This document shows positions 1 through 9,000 of a stretch of DNA of 64,000 nucleotides, piece after piece; the stretch's first letter is position 1, and each line of letters starts with the position of its first letter. The stretch comes from a virus. Position numbers and translations under genes: made by a program. The stretch is taken from the IMG/VR virus record IMGVR_UViG_3300021964_000016; one strand, written 5' to 3'. Under the pieces are notes generated by a model. The model ran no database searches. It was given only the letters and a program-made list of their open reading frames with translations, and was not told the DNA's origin.

Positions 1-1740
1 GTGATTGATTGCAGTATCAAGAGGAGTACCGCCAAGTCTGAATACTTCAGCAGGGTTACAACGAAGACGGTTTCCATAGAAGCACAAATCAGGATGAGAA
101 CCAAACTCTTTAACCGCTGTCCTGCTGTGGTTAGAAGCACCAGAAACGAGCAGTGCACCTGCGATTTCAGCAAGGTCAGACTTGGACATTTTCTCGTTGA
201 AGATCTCGATCAGTCGGCAATCTTGGTTGAATTGAAGAGAGTTATCCTCAGTTTCTTCGCCATTTCGCCGACCATTATAGGACAAAGAATCGGAGAAACC
301 ATACACGCGGAAAGGCACGTTGATCTGACGACAGAACATGGTCATCAGTAGAGTCTGCTTGACCACGTCATAGAACACATCGTTCATGGAACCAGACATG
401 TCGAGTAACATCAGGAAACCGTGATTCTTCCCTTCAGGTACAACGGTGACTTTCTTGAAGATATCTTCTGAAGTCTTGTAGTTGTTCATCTTGATGGTGT
501 CGATGACACCAGACTTGGAAATGGTTGCTCGCTGGAACTCAGCAGCAGACTTTCGCATCTCGAATTCTTTGACCATCAGGTTGATTGCTTTCTTGTTCTT
601 GCTGTACCAACCACTGAACAATATATTGCCGAAGTTTTTACCATATACGCTGTAATCTTTTGCACGAGACTCTAATGTGGAAAATCGCCATGAAGAAGTA
701 TCATCTTCCCCAGCGATCAACTCACATCGGATGTCGGCGAGCACAGTCTTGTAGTCTACGACGATATCGCCTGATGCTTTGGGAAGTATCCAATTTCTTA
801 CAGTACCGTCGAAGTTCTGAAACACTTCACGGTCGATGTTGTCGCGCAGGTTCTTGTCTGTCTGAGACTCGATTGCCTGTTCGGTTGAAGTGTCAGATCG
901 CCCACCCTGCTCGCCACCAGTTTCAGTGCCTGTCTTTTCATCCTGCTCGGGGGCAGTTTCTTCGCCAGTGCCAGTGGTGGCAGACTCAGGCGCATCAGCG
1001 TCGTCGTCTTCATCAGACTCTTCGCCCTGCTCTTCCTGCTGGGGTTTGTCGCTGAAGAGTTCGTCAAACTCATCCATCTCTTCGTCGTCGAAGTCATCAA
1101 CACCAGACATGCCAGCACCATCCTCGTCACCTTCTTCATCTTCGTCGGTGTCGGGGTCATTCGCCATTTCCTGTTCTTTCTGCTCCTGCTGCTCTTTGGC
1201 GAACTGGAACAATTCTTCAGTGAGGGCAACAACTTCTTCCCACGTCTCGAGTTTCTCGATGCGCGGCAACCAGTGTTTCTCGTCTGCTGCGAACTGAACG
1301 CCAGCAGACATACCGCACTTGAAGTAGGTGTTGATTCGGTCGATCAGACCCATCTTGTTGATGGTATCAAGGTCAGCACCGAAGAAACCGTCAGCGAACA
1401 GTTTGCGGTATGACTTGATGAAAGAACCACGAAGTCCAGGATACTTGCGCTGAATCAGTTTCTCGATTCGGGCATCCTCGACCACGTTGAGATATGACTT
1501 GAAAGAAGGACCACGATCGCACACAGCGTCATGCCAACCTTCAAGGGGAGTGAAGAGCGCGTGACCGACTTCGTGTCCAATCAGGTGGTCTTCGGTGTGC
1601 TTGGAAACGTCCGCCCACATGGGGAGAGTGAGTACACGATTCTTGACATCGAATGAAGCAGTAGAAACCTTGTCCTGAACCACTGATATATTCTCGGTGG
1701 CAAGCAGTTTTGCTAGGGTAGATTTGTTTGCTTCATTCAT
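1..1740 (-). CDS. Metallopeptidase-like + VWA (CobT-like) protein, 3' end runs off the window
   Basis: Not in the ORF track because there is no stop in the window. Hand translation from ATG 1740 (SD GAGGAG) gives MNEANKSTLAKLLATENISVVQDKVSTASFDVKNRVLTLPMW..., an HExxH motif (LIGHEVGHALFTP), an acidic linker and a MIDAS-like motif (KNHGFLMLLDMSGSM, ~385-430). Typical partner of CobS/MoxR ATPases in marine T4-like phages. Confidence 0.8.
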   Translation of the reverse strand, partial: MNEANKSTLAKLLATENISVVQDKVSTASFDVKNRVLTLPMWADVSKHTEDHLIGHEVGHALFTPLEGWHDAVCDRGPSFKSYLNVVEDARIEKLIQRKYPGLRGSFIKSYRKLFADGFFGADLDTINKMGLIDRINTYFKCGMSAGVQFAADEKHWLPRIEKLETWEEVVALTEELFQFAKEQQEQKEQEMANDPDTDEDEEGDEDGAGMSGVDDFDDEEMDEFDELFSDKPQQEEQGEESDEDDDADAPESATTGTGEETAPEQDEKTGTETGGEQGGRSDTSTEQAIESQTDKNLRDNIDREVFQNFDGTVRNWILPKASGDIVVDYKTVLADIRCELIAGEDDTSSWRFSTLESRAKDYSVYGKNFGNILFSGWYSKNKKAINLMVKEFEMRKSAAEFQRATISKSGVIDTIKMNNYKTSEDIFKKVTVVPEGKNHGFLMLLDMSGSMNDVFYDVVKQTLLMTMFCRQINVPFRVYGFSDSLSYNGRRNGEETEDNSLQFNQDCRLIEIFNEKMSKSDLAEIAGALLVSGASNHSRTAVKEFGSHPDLCFYGNRLRCNPAEVFRLGGTPLDTAINH

Positions 1741-1767
1741 GCTCGTGTCTCCTCAACCAATACAGAT

Positions 1768-1828
1768 ATTATCGCTCAAACCGTGTACAAATACAAGTTT
1801 GAAAAAGTCGTGTAAAAACAACAACTTA
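1768..1828 (-). promoter_or_regulatory. Sigma70-type early promoter with upstream IHF-like box (copy 1)
   Basis: Minus strand: TAAGTTGTTGTTT ... TTGTAT-N17-GATAAT, followed by SD and ATG 1740. Confidence 0.7.
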
Positions 1829-1993
1829 GAGCAACACATCTTCTTCAAGGATTTCGTCGATCTCAGTGTCGTCGAGACCCACCTGCTTGCAGCGGGCAAC
1901 GAACTGGTCGAGGGTGATGTACCCGTCGAGGAGCGACTCTACTTGGTCCAACAGGTACTCGCCTGTCCGACCACGATCATACCACTTTGACAT
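1826..1993 (-). CDS. Small acidic hypothetical early protein (55 aa)
   Basis: Hand-translated MSKWYDRGRTGEYLLDQVESLLDGYITLDQFVARCKQVGLDDTEIDEILEEDVLL*, with SD AAGGAG and its own promoter. Below the ORF-track length cutoff. Confidence 0.75.
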   Translation of the reverse strand: MSKWYDRGRTGEYLLDQVESLLDGYITLDQFVARCKQVGLDDTEIDEILEEDVLL

Positions 1994-2022
1994 AACTATC
2001 TCCTTTATTTCAGTATAGAGAT

Positions 2023-2083
2023 ATTATCGCTGAAAATCAGTACAAAGTAAAGTAATAAAAAGTTCTTAAAAATCAACAACTTA
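2023..2083 (-). promoter_or_regulatory. Sigma70-type early promoter with upstream IHF-like box (copy 2)
   Basis: Minus strand: TAAGTTGTTGATT ... TTTACT-N17-GATAAT. Confidence 0.75.
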
Positions 2084-2618
2084 GAATGAAGTTGACTATC
2101 TCCTGTGTGTCAGAGGGAGTTTCATGACGCATCTCAATGACGCATCCTTTCTCCTCCCCGAACAGGGTCTGCTGGTCGCCGAAACGCTCAAGGATGTTGG
2201 CGCATTTGGTGCGGCAAGTCTGGATGAATTTCTCAGACTGGTCGGATCCTCGCTCTTTATATCGGCGTTCACGTTCAGCGGTCGATACAGTTAGGTGGAT
2301 AATGGTGAGGTTGTCGCCGCATGCTTCGAAGAAACCTGCGTTGTTCAAACGATCACCTTCGCCGACGATGAGTTCGTCGGGTTGAGTGGAGATCCACTCG
2401 ATTGCTTTGGGGGCAACTGCCATGCTCAGACGATCAGTACCACTGAAAGTCTCGCCTTCCTCATACTTGCCAAGGATACGGACAGTACCATTCACGTGAG
2501 TGTCAAGAAGGTCAATAGGTCGATCTTGCTTCCACTCACCACATTGAGTCTTCATAAACTCTTTCATGATGGTGGACTTGCCAGTTCCAGGAATGCCAAT
2601 AAGGTAGATCACTTTCAT
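2073..2618 (-). CDS. P-loop nucleotide/DNA-base kinase (5-hmU DNA kinase-like)
   Basis: N-terminal Walker A GIPGTGKST, GTDRLSM, GEGDRL and a lid-like RERRYKERGS. Lies two genes from the amino-acid:DNA transferase. Confidence 0.75.
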   Translation of the reverse strand: MKVIYLIGIPGTGKSTIMKEFMKTQCGEWKQDRPIDLLDTHVNGTVRILGKYEEGETFSGTDRLSMAVAPKAIEWISTQPDELIVGEGDRLNNAGFFEACGDNLTIIHLTVSTAERERRYKERGSDQSEKFIQTCRTKCANILERFGDQQTLFGEEKGCVIEMRHETPSDTQEIVNFILSC

Positions 2619-2845
2619 TGGTTGGTGAATCTCCCGAATTCCATAATAAAGTTCTGTGCCATGATCTCTTTTTCAAAGTAAAAGGAATGTTGGTATATGT
2701 TGGTAAAAGATTTAAAATGCCAAGACTCTTTGCCCATTAATCTCTTGCACCAATCCTTTCCTTCTCGCTCAAGGTCGCTGTGCAAGGTGACTTCAAATCC
2801 AGGCATCCAACTATTCTTGTAATCGAATATCTGTTGTGGGGTCAT
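2615..2845 (-). CDS. Hypothetical protein (76 aa)
   Basis: Translationally coupled (ATGA overlaps) to both neighbours. Confidence 0.7.
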   Translation of the reverse strand: MTPQQIFDYKNSWMPGFEVTLHSDLEREGKDWCKRLMGKESWHFKSFTNIYQHSFYFEKEIMAQNFIMEFGRFTNQ

Positions 2846-3813
2846 ACAAAAAAATCCTCTAACGCATTCGTTCTGTCCTTTGGGTGAAAGTCTCCCGTAT
2901 CAAGGAACAAATTGAATAGTTCTTTGTCTATTCTGCCCTTTAACCACTCTCGATCAATCGTTTCGTTTCTAGCATCCCACATAGGTGTCCAGTCAATCCC
3001 GTCCCAACCATCTCTCTCAACCTTTCGTATTTCTTCTGATTGTCGATCAAGGTAGTATCCAAGATATCGACCATGTTTTCTACGGAATAGTTTTTTGAAG
3101 GAGCAGAGGCAGGTTTCCATGGCAAAGAAGTCTGCCTTATCAGCAACGTGAGGATATTTTAGTTTGGTTTCTTCTAACATTTCCTTTGCTTCACTTTCCA
3201 GAAATGCTATTTGATCTTTGTCCAACTTTTGATCTACCCAATCTTCTTTTCCTAGTGCGTAACATAGTCCGTTACGATGCGAACGAGAACCGCTATAGTC
3301 GTGCAACCAAAGACTATCAACATCAACTGGAATATCACAGCACTGTTTGAGCGTTTGGATATAAAACCAAGAAGAGTATCTACCAAATTTGTGAAACGCA
3401 TTAACTGTCTCCCAAACAGTATAGAAATCCTTTACGGGGTCTCCGACAAATCCTTGTGTGAGTGCATCGTGTTGTGTTCGTTCTCCAACATATCGCTGGT
3501 ACGAAACGAACTGATCTGCAAGATGTCCTTTATTCCATTTCGTGTCGGTTTGATAACGCAAGCGGCGATAATTGGTGTTATTCCAATCGCGAAGGCGATC
3601 AACGCCAACCAACTCCATGTCGGGGAATTCGTTCCAAACCACATAGGCAGTTGGCCAATAATAAGTTGTTCCATAAATCCAAGTTATCCAGAGTCTTTGT
3701 TCTTTGTTGTATTCAAAACGATCAAAGAAGTATTTAGTCATGTACAATGCAGGGTCGCAGTCTTCTATTTCAAGACTGCGACCGAACCACTCTACAAATT
3801 TTTCTTTATACAC
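2842..3813 (-). CDS. Amino acid:DNA transferase (aGPT-Pplase/AADT family, HhH-glycosylase fold)
   Basis: Motifs KFGRYSSWFYIQTL, GSRSHRNGLC, FAMETCLCSFKK and GRYLGYYLDR resemble the alpha-glutamyl/putrescinyl-thymine pyrophosphorylase family. Kinase adjacent. Confidence 0.75.
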   Translation of the reverse strand: MYKEKFVEWFGRSLEIEDCDPALYMTKYFFDRFEYNKEQRLWITWIYGTTYYWPTAYVVWNEFPDMELVGVDRLRDWNNTNYRRLRYQTDTKWNKGHLADQFVSYQRYVGERTQHDALTQGFVGDPVKDFYTVWETVNAFHKFGRYSSWFYIQTLKQCCDIPVDVDSLWLHDYSGSRSHRNGLCYALGKEDWVDQKLDKDQIAFLESEAKEMLEETKLKYPHVADKADFFAMETCLCSFKKLFRRKHGRYLGYYLDRQSEEIRKVERDGWDGIDWTPMWDARNETIDREWLKGRIDKELFNLFLDTGDFHPKDRTNALEDFFV

Positions 3814-5263
3814 TAATATCTCTCGCGTTGATATAAAATAGTTCTGAACCTTCTCCTTTGGTTAAATAAGGCAGCACATATATATGAATATCTGGGCAAA
3901 CTTGTCTTTCAACCATAAGATCTTTTTTGAAGATTGATAAGATATGATCTCTGTCTTCAGTTATCTTTTCTCTTGGCACGTGACAAACTAAAACGCCAAC
4001 TTCTCCATTTTCTCTGTAGTTTCTTATTGCCGCACTATGGCAGTTACCAATCTGTGCGACACTAAATTCACCTTTACCAACAGATTTCACTTTGTATTTT
4101 CTCTTCAAATCTTTTATGAAAGATTCTCGACTTTGCCCCATGAGTCGGTTCACACTTTGCACACCCACATACTTTGCGTCTAACGCAGAGAGAGTTTTCT
4201 CAGAAACAAGTTGTTTCTCAATTGAACTAAATGCCGACTTAATCTTCGGGTCTGAATAATAGGAATCTCGTAAAATACTTCTCAGTTTTTTCTTTGAAAC
4301 GTTGTCGTTTAGCAAGTTGAGTTTTCTTTCCCAACTAACCTCAACCCCTTGTTTTTTGATCATATCCTCTAAATGGAAATGTAAACTCTGTTTGGCATCA
4401 TGCCCATCATTGACTTTATTTGTTTGGGTGTTATTATTGACTCGGTCTAGGAACTGTCTTACTAATCCGATATCACTATTGAAGTGAATTTTATAGTCCA
4501 TTCTGACAACGTACATAGAGTCTATGCCTATCTTGTGACAAACCTCAGTGCTATGATGTCCGTTACCTATGACCTCTTCTGGCATTGAGGGATAATCGTT
4601 TACCAATAAGACTGGTTTACAGTTTGCCGTTGGATCAATACCTCTAGAACGCTCGTCTTGGAATTTTTCCGTGAGTGTTTTTATATGAGAATCATCGTGA
4701 ACCTGGTTTCTAACTTGAATATTGTATCCATTTTTGATTTTTAAATACAAAGTTGAAACCATCTCTTTTTCTTTATTACTCTCATCATAATAAAAATTTT
4801 CTAATCTGGAAAGTATTTCTTCTGCGCTTTGCTGCTTTCCGACTTTGTAGTTCTCGACATCTTCTACGATTGACGCGACTGTGTCACGAACTTGTTTAGT
4901 GTCATAAGAAGTCAAGTCATACTCGCCCAAATCTAATCCGCTACCGTTTGATTCGTTATAAAAAGTTTCACGTCGTTTTGCATTCAGAGCTTGCAATACC
5001 CTTGTCTCAACTAACAGTGCGTGACCCGTGAGCATAGGAGATCCGTCTGATAATTGGTTCCAGTCTAAAACCCTGTCGAGGTCAGGTGAATCGTTCAAAA
5101 AATTGCTAGTTTTACAAGAACCCACATAAGCAGAATTTATTTCTTTAGTGTCTAACCCAAAATACTTGTGCCCAAACCTTGTTGAGATAGGGTTTGTGTT
5201 ACAGGTCAAATAAACGCCGGAGGGTTTTGACAAAAAGGGATTACTGTTTTGTTGATACGTCAT
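3806..5263 (-). CDS. Seg-type GIY-YIG-like N-terminal domain fused to a ParB/Srx-like domain (putative free-standing endonuclease)
   Basis: GVYLTCN...KYFG...AYVGS...ETRVLQALNA...FYNESNG follows the Seg GIY-YIG pattern, then IQVR...KPVLLV...IGNGHHS (ParB-like). Start reassigned to ATG 5263 (SD AAGGA). Has its own promoter. Confidence 0.55.
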   Translation of the reverse strand: MTYQQNSNPFLSKPSGVYLTCNTNPISTRFGHKYFGLDTKEINSAYVGSCKTSNFLNDSPDLDRVLDWNQLSDGSPMLTGHALLVETRVLQALNAKRRETFYNESNGSGLDLGEYDLTSYDTKQVRDTVASIVEDVENYKVGKQQSAEEILSRLENFYYDESNKEKEMVSTLYLKIKNGYNIQVRNQVHDDSHIKTLTEKFQDERSRGIDPTANCKPVLLVNDYPSMPEEVIGNGHHSTEVCHKIGIDSMYVVRMDYKIHFNSDIGLVRQFLDRVNNNTQTNKVNDGHDAKQSLHFHLEDMIKKQGVEVSWERKLNLLNDNVSKKKLRSILRDSYYSDPKIKSAFSSIEKQLVSEKTLSALDAKYVGVQSVNRLMGQSRESFIKDLKRKYKVKSVGKGEFSVAQIGNCHSAAIRNYRENGEVGVLVCHVPREKITEDRDHILSIFKKDLMVERQVCPDIHIYVLPYLTKGEGSELFYINARDISV

Positions 5264-5302
5264 AATAACTATCCTTACAATTAAGTTACACAATACAGAT
5301 GT

Positions 5303-5363
5303 ATTATGCTATAACCGTTAATCAAAGTAAAATATCGAAAACCCCTGTAGAATCAACAACTTA
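5303..5363 (-). promoter_or_regulatory. Sigma70-type early promoter with upstream IHF-like box (copy 3)
   Basis: Minus strand: TAAGTTGTTGATT ... TTTACT-N17-CATAAT. Confidence 0.7.
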
Positions 5364-5903
5364 CAGAAACCCTTCCAGTCCAAGGGGTTCGTCAGCGAAT
5401 ACTTCAACACATCCTCCCTTGCCTTTTTTGTGTACTGCTTCATAGATCGGTTTATTTTCTAGACTATAATCGCCGTCAAAGAAGGTGTCACCAGTAATCC
5501 GAAACATAGATAATTGACACCCACTCTTTTGCTTCCCGAGCATAGTGAACCCAATTCGCTCGTAGAACTTTACAGCGTCAGGTTCAGCGGATACTCTAAA
5601 ATACAAAGCAGCGTTCTGTCTCGCAAAGCGGAGAGAGTCCTCGCAAAGAATACGACCAACCCCCTTACCTCTATGTTTAGCAAAGGTGTGAAGAAGTTGT
5701 AGGTTTGCTACTTTTGGGGAACGTTTGCTTATTGTTGTAATGATTGCACCTAGAAGAGAATCATCCTCATCCCAAGCACCTATACAAAAACTCCATTGCT
5801 CCTGCATATTTGCCTTGGCGACAAAAGTTTTTGCAAACTTGTCAGCAGGATCATCGGTTATTGCGTTTTTAAATTGTTCAGCAGAACATTCACGCAACTT
5901 CAT
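5361..5903 (-). CDS. GNAT acetyltransferase
   Basis: Acetyl-CoA motif A HRGKGVGRIL and motif B AVKFYERIGF. Confidence 0.9.
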   Translation of the reverse strand: MKLRECSAEQFKNAITDDPADKFAKTFVAKANMQEQWSFCIGAWDEDDSLLGAIITTISKRSPKVANLQLLHTFAKHRGKGVGRILCEDSLRFARQNAALYFRVSAEPDAVKFYERIGFTMLGKQKSGCQLSMFRITGDTFFDGDYSLENKPIYEAVHKKGKGGCVEVFADEPLGLEGFL

Positions 5904-6765
5904 GAAATTCTCTTTTCTTCTCTCCGCGAGACTTATCGTACTTTGTATTCATCCAACCTTTATACTCTCCTGGATTCCAAACGAAAGGAGGGAAGTTGAA
6001 GTTTCTAGAATCTAGGATCTCTTCAACACTAGGTCCGTCATTCAGAGCAGCATCAATAAATGCTTCAGCAAATATAAACTGATCTTCAATCTGTTTGCGA
6101 TCAGTTGTAGACCTGAAGCAACGGAACTCGATAGTACCAGTGTGCTTCATACAATAGGTGTTGATTGCATGGCGGAAAGGGCGACCCATTGAAACACCGT
6201 CCTTACCTGCTGCATGAAGTTTGATGAAGTGATCAAAATCTTCTGCAAGGTTTATGATGTTGTCACACATATAATCTGGCATTAGTCGACCGCCATCATA
6301 CTTCAAGTAAGTCTTTGAACCTTTGAGTATTTTCATCTCTGGTCTCTGACCAAATTGGTAACAAGACTCAACGGTTAGTTCTTGATTCTCTTTTATGTAT
6401 GCAATCAGTCGCTTTAAACCGTCAACATCTTCTTTCAGTCCAGGGACATAAACATGAAGGTGTCCATGATTGACGCAAGAGGCAGATGGTTTGTCTCCAT
6501 TCGCAACAAACAAATCATGTATCTCCATGATTCGATCTACTTGTTGTTGCCAAGTGCTTGTAGGTTTTGTATTGACTTCTCCACCGACAGGTGGTTCTAA
6601 TCCAAGAGGGTCGCAAGCAACAAACCTGTATGGTTCGTGAATGTTCACAATATCCGTTTCTGCATGTTCCCACGATCCAAGGTGCTCTGGAATTTCCAAA
6701 GTTCGGTCAATGTCACCCCATTCAATCTCATATCCATAAGTAAAGTCTTTTGGATTATAATTCAT
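5890..6765 (-). CDS. Putative amidoligase (glutamine synthetase/COOH-NH2 ligase fold)
   Basis: TYGYEIEW, GEVNTKP, HGHLHV and GTIEFRCF motifs. Coupled to a class II GATase. Confidence 0.8.
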   Translation of the reverse strand: MNYNPKDFTYGYEIEWGDIDRTLEIPEHLGSWEHAETDIVNIHEPYRFVACDPLGLEPPVGGEVNTKPTSTWQQQVDRIMEIHDLFVANGDKPSASCVNHGHLHVYVPGLKEDVDGLKRLIAYIKENQELTVESCYQFGQRPEMKILKGSKTYLKYDGGRLMPDYMCDNIINLAEDFDHFIKLHAAGKDGVSMGRPFRHAINTYCMKHTGTIEFRCFRSTTDRKQIEDQFIFAEAFIDAALNDGPSVEEILDSRNFNFPPFVWNPGEYKGWMNTKYDKSRGEKKREFHEVA

Positions 6766-7433
6766 TGCAAGTCCTCCAGGTCAGGGTCGAAGAATCTCCT
6801 ATCTTCGTATAACCCACCATAATTACTGTAAGTGTATTTCACAAGAGGTTCGCATTTTTCTACATGACCTTCGATGCGAGACCTTCTAATTATATCTTCT
6901 GTTGAAGCAAAGATAAGACCGTTATCTCTTGGTGCCATCCAAAGAGGACGTTCATGATTTCTCCAACCATGTAGAACTCCATCTTCTATAGCGACGCATG
7001 CCATACTTCGGTGTTTGTAAACCTCAAGAGGAGTATCACCTGCCTCAATACATCGAAGTATCAATTCAGAATCATTTAAAGTCTCTGTTTCGTATTCCCA
7101 AATGTCTGGGTCTTGAGAGATAACTCCGTTGTGTGCGATAGAAATTTCTTTGCCTTGAAACGGTTGATTGTAACGTAGATCCGAAGTAGAGTATCGAGTA
7201 TGCCCTATACACAATAGAGTATCTCCGTCAACCCAATCTTCAACCGTGGTATGTCTGCCAAGGAAAAGGTAAGAGGAAGTTGGTTCTTTAATTGTATTGA
7301 ATTTACCGTCTTTGAAAAAGGTGACGCCAGTGGCATGTTTCCCGCGAATCATTGATTCTAAGAAAAGGTTACTAACTAATCCGCAATCAGCAGGAGTAAC
7401 ATCAGTGAGGTATACACCAATCACTCCGCACAT
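6762..7433 (-). CDS. Class II glutamine amidotransferase (Ntn hydrolase)
   Basis: N-terminal MCGVIG (catalytic Cys2), RGKHATG, IGHTRYST, AHNGVI, NDSE. Confidence 0.9.
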   Translation of the reverse strand: MCGVIGVYLTDVTPADCGLVSNLFLESMIRGKHATGVTFFKDGKFNTIKEPTSSYLFLGRHTTVEDWVDGDTLLCIGHTRYSTSDLRYNQPFQGKEISIAHNGVISQDPDIWEYETETLNDSELILRCIEAGDTPLEVYKHRSMACVAIEDGVLHGWRNHERPLWMAPRDNGLIFASTEDIIRRSRIEGHVEKCEPLVKYTYSNYGGLYEDRRFFDPDLEDLQ

Positions 7434-8833
7434 TAAAAGAAATCCTCTAATGAACCAGCAACTTCAAATGCTTTAGGATGATACTGACGAACCATCGACT
7501 CGCCGCCTTCAACAGTCAACCAATCATACCACTCTTGTTCGTCCCACATGGAAGGCGATACACCATTCCAATATGGACGCCACAGTGGGTGTTCTTCATT
7601 CTTGCGGCGAGCGTCAACATAGGCACGACGCAGGTGCTCATACTCCCAACTACCCAACTTCGCCATATCCTCACGGAAATAAAATACGAGAGACATGCGC
7701 ATCAGGTCATCTTCACCAGTATCAGGTGCTTCGATTGGAGTGTTACCGTGGATAACTCGCATGTTGTCGACGAGCAACAGGTCACCAGGTCGGACATTAA
7801 TAGCAGCACGAACTTCAGGGCAAACGAGGTATCCGCCTTTCCAGTTTTTCTTGCCATCACTGATTACCGTCAAGTTAGAATAACCTTCGTTCAAAGAACC
7901 AGCATCGCGATGGCATGCCATACGAGCATTGCGATCTTTGGTGGTAGTATTGACAGTGATTGTGGTGAAAGTAGTATCTTCGCCAATCAGAAACTTTGGG
8001 TCAACTTTATCCGCCCATTTCTTTTGACGAGAATGACGAACAGGGAGTAATTCTGCGAAAGTTTTTTCTAGTTTCCTTGCGAACGGATAGCACTTTTCAA
8101 ACGTTTCTCTATGGTGATCAGTATACGCTGTAGCGCGACCATAAGGTATGCGAGGATAACGACCATAGAACCCAGCGATACCACTCCAAATAGCAGTGGC
8201 ATAAGAAGTATCTGAAATAAAATCTGTTTTAATTTTTTTAGCATATGCTTTTGCCTCTTCAAGAGGCATGGACTTCAATTTCTCCTCTAGTTTAGGGAAG
8301 AAATTTTTGTAGTCTCCGAACTCTGGTTCCACTTTGGTGCGTAACCAAACACCACCGCGAATCTCATCCTTATTTATATTTGCAAATTCAACGAGTGGAT
8401 CTGAACCATCGATACTCGGTGGTTGTCCTTTTGCATACCAATCAAGTACATTAGATTGGTAAATAGTCACCCAATCTCTCCCGCCCTGAGTTTCTTCTCT
8501 TGGACCTGCTGCTAGACCACGGTTATTTGATTCTACTGCTGCACCATACAAACCCTCAAAAGCACCGTCTTGTTCTTCTTGAGTGAAAACATTCTTACGA
8601 AACTTAAAAGCAATAAGATCTTCATCATGTGTTTCTTCAGTTATATCGCTAGAAGGAAGATAAAAGTCTGTATCCTCTTCTATTAACAAGTCGTAAGAAG
8701 TTTCGTCCGCATAAGTACCAAGAACAGCATCATCCGATTCAAGAAACTGTGCGACGTAAACATCTTGACCTTGATCGCCTTTGTATTTCTTCCATTGGCG
8801 ACCTGAAATATTAATCAATTCCATGAAGAACAC
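7433..8833 (-). CDS. TET/JBP-family 2OG-Fe(II) dioxygenase
   Basis: HxD (ACHRDAG), distal His (IHGNTPI) and RMSLVFYFRE match the phage TET/JBP signature. The start may be ATG 8824. Confidence 0.8.
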   Translation of the reverse strand: MFFMELINISGRQWKKYKGDQGQDVYVAQFLESDDAVLGTYADETSYDLLIEEDTDFYLPSSDITEETHDEDLIAFKFRKNVFTQEEQDGAFEGLYGAAVESNNRGLAAGPREETQGGRDWVTIYQSNVLDWYAKGQPPSIDGSDPLVEFANINKDEIRGGVWLRTKVEPEFGDYKNFFPKLEEKLKSMPLEEAKAYAKKIKTDFISDTSYATAIWSGIAGFYGRYPRIPYGRATAYTDHHRETFEKCYPFARKLEKTFAELLPVRHSRQKKWADKVDPKFLIGEDTTFTTITVNTTTKDRNARMACHRDAGSLNEGYSNLTVISDGKKNWKGGYLVCPEVRAAINVRPGDLLLVDNMRVIHGNTPIEAPDTGEDDLMRMSLVFYFREDMAKLGSWEYEHLRRAYVDARRKNEEHPLWRPYWNGVSPSMWDEQEWYDWLTVEGGESMVRQYHPKAFEVAGSLEDFF

Positions 8834-8993
8834 CGTTCACATATATCATACTATCTACCATCGTGTATTTGTTCTTGTTAGTTACCAATGAATAACCGTT
8901 AAAATCAAGAACCTTTTCTTTTCCTTTATCTTGTATTTCTTTCTTCAACTCTACAAGAGAGTTATACCTTTTTCTTTTTAACTTGTGCACCAA
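8811..8993 (-). CDS. Small basic hypothetical protein
   Basis: 60-aa ORF filling the gap in the operon. Confidence 0.6.
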   Translation of the reverse strand: MVHKLKRKRYNSLVELKKEIQDKGKEKVLDFNGYSLVTNKNKYTMVDSMIYVNGVLHGID

Positions 8994-9000
8994 TTATAAC

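Noticed and set aside
2073-8833. 7-deazaguanine or glucosyl-hmC modification system
   Set aside because: No FolE/QueCDE/DpdA motifs, no dCMP hydroxymethylase and no glucosyltransferase in the operon.
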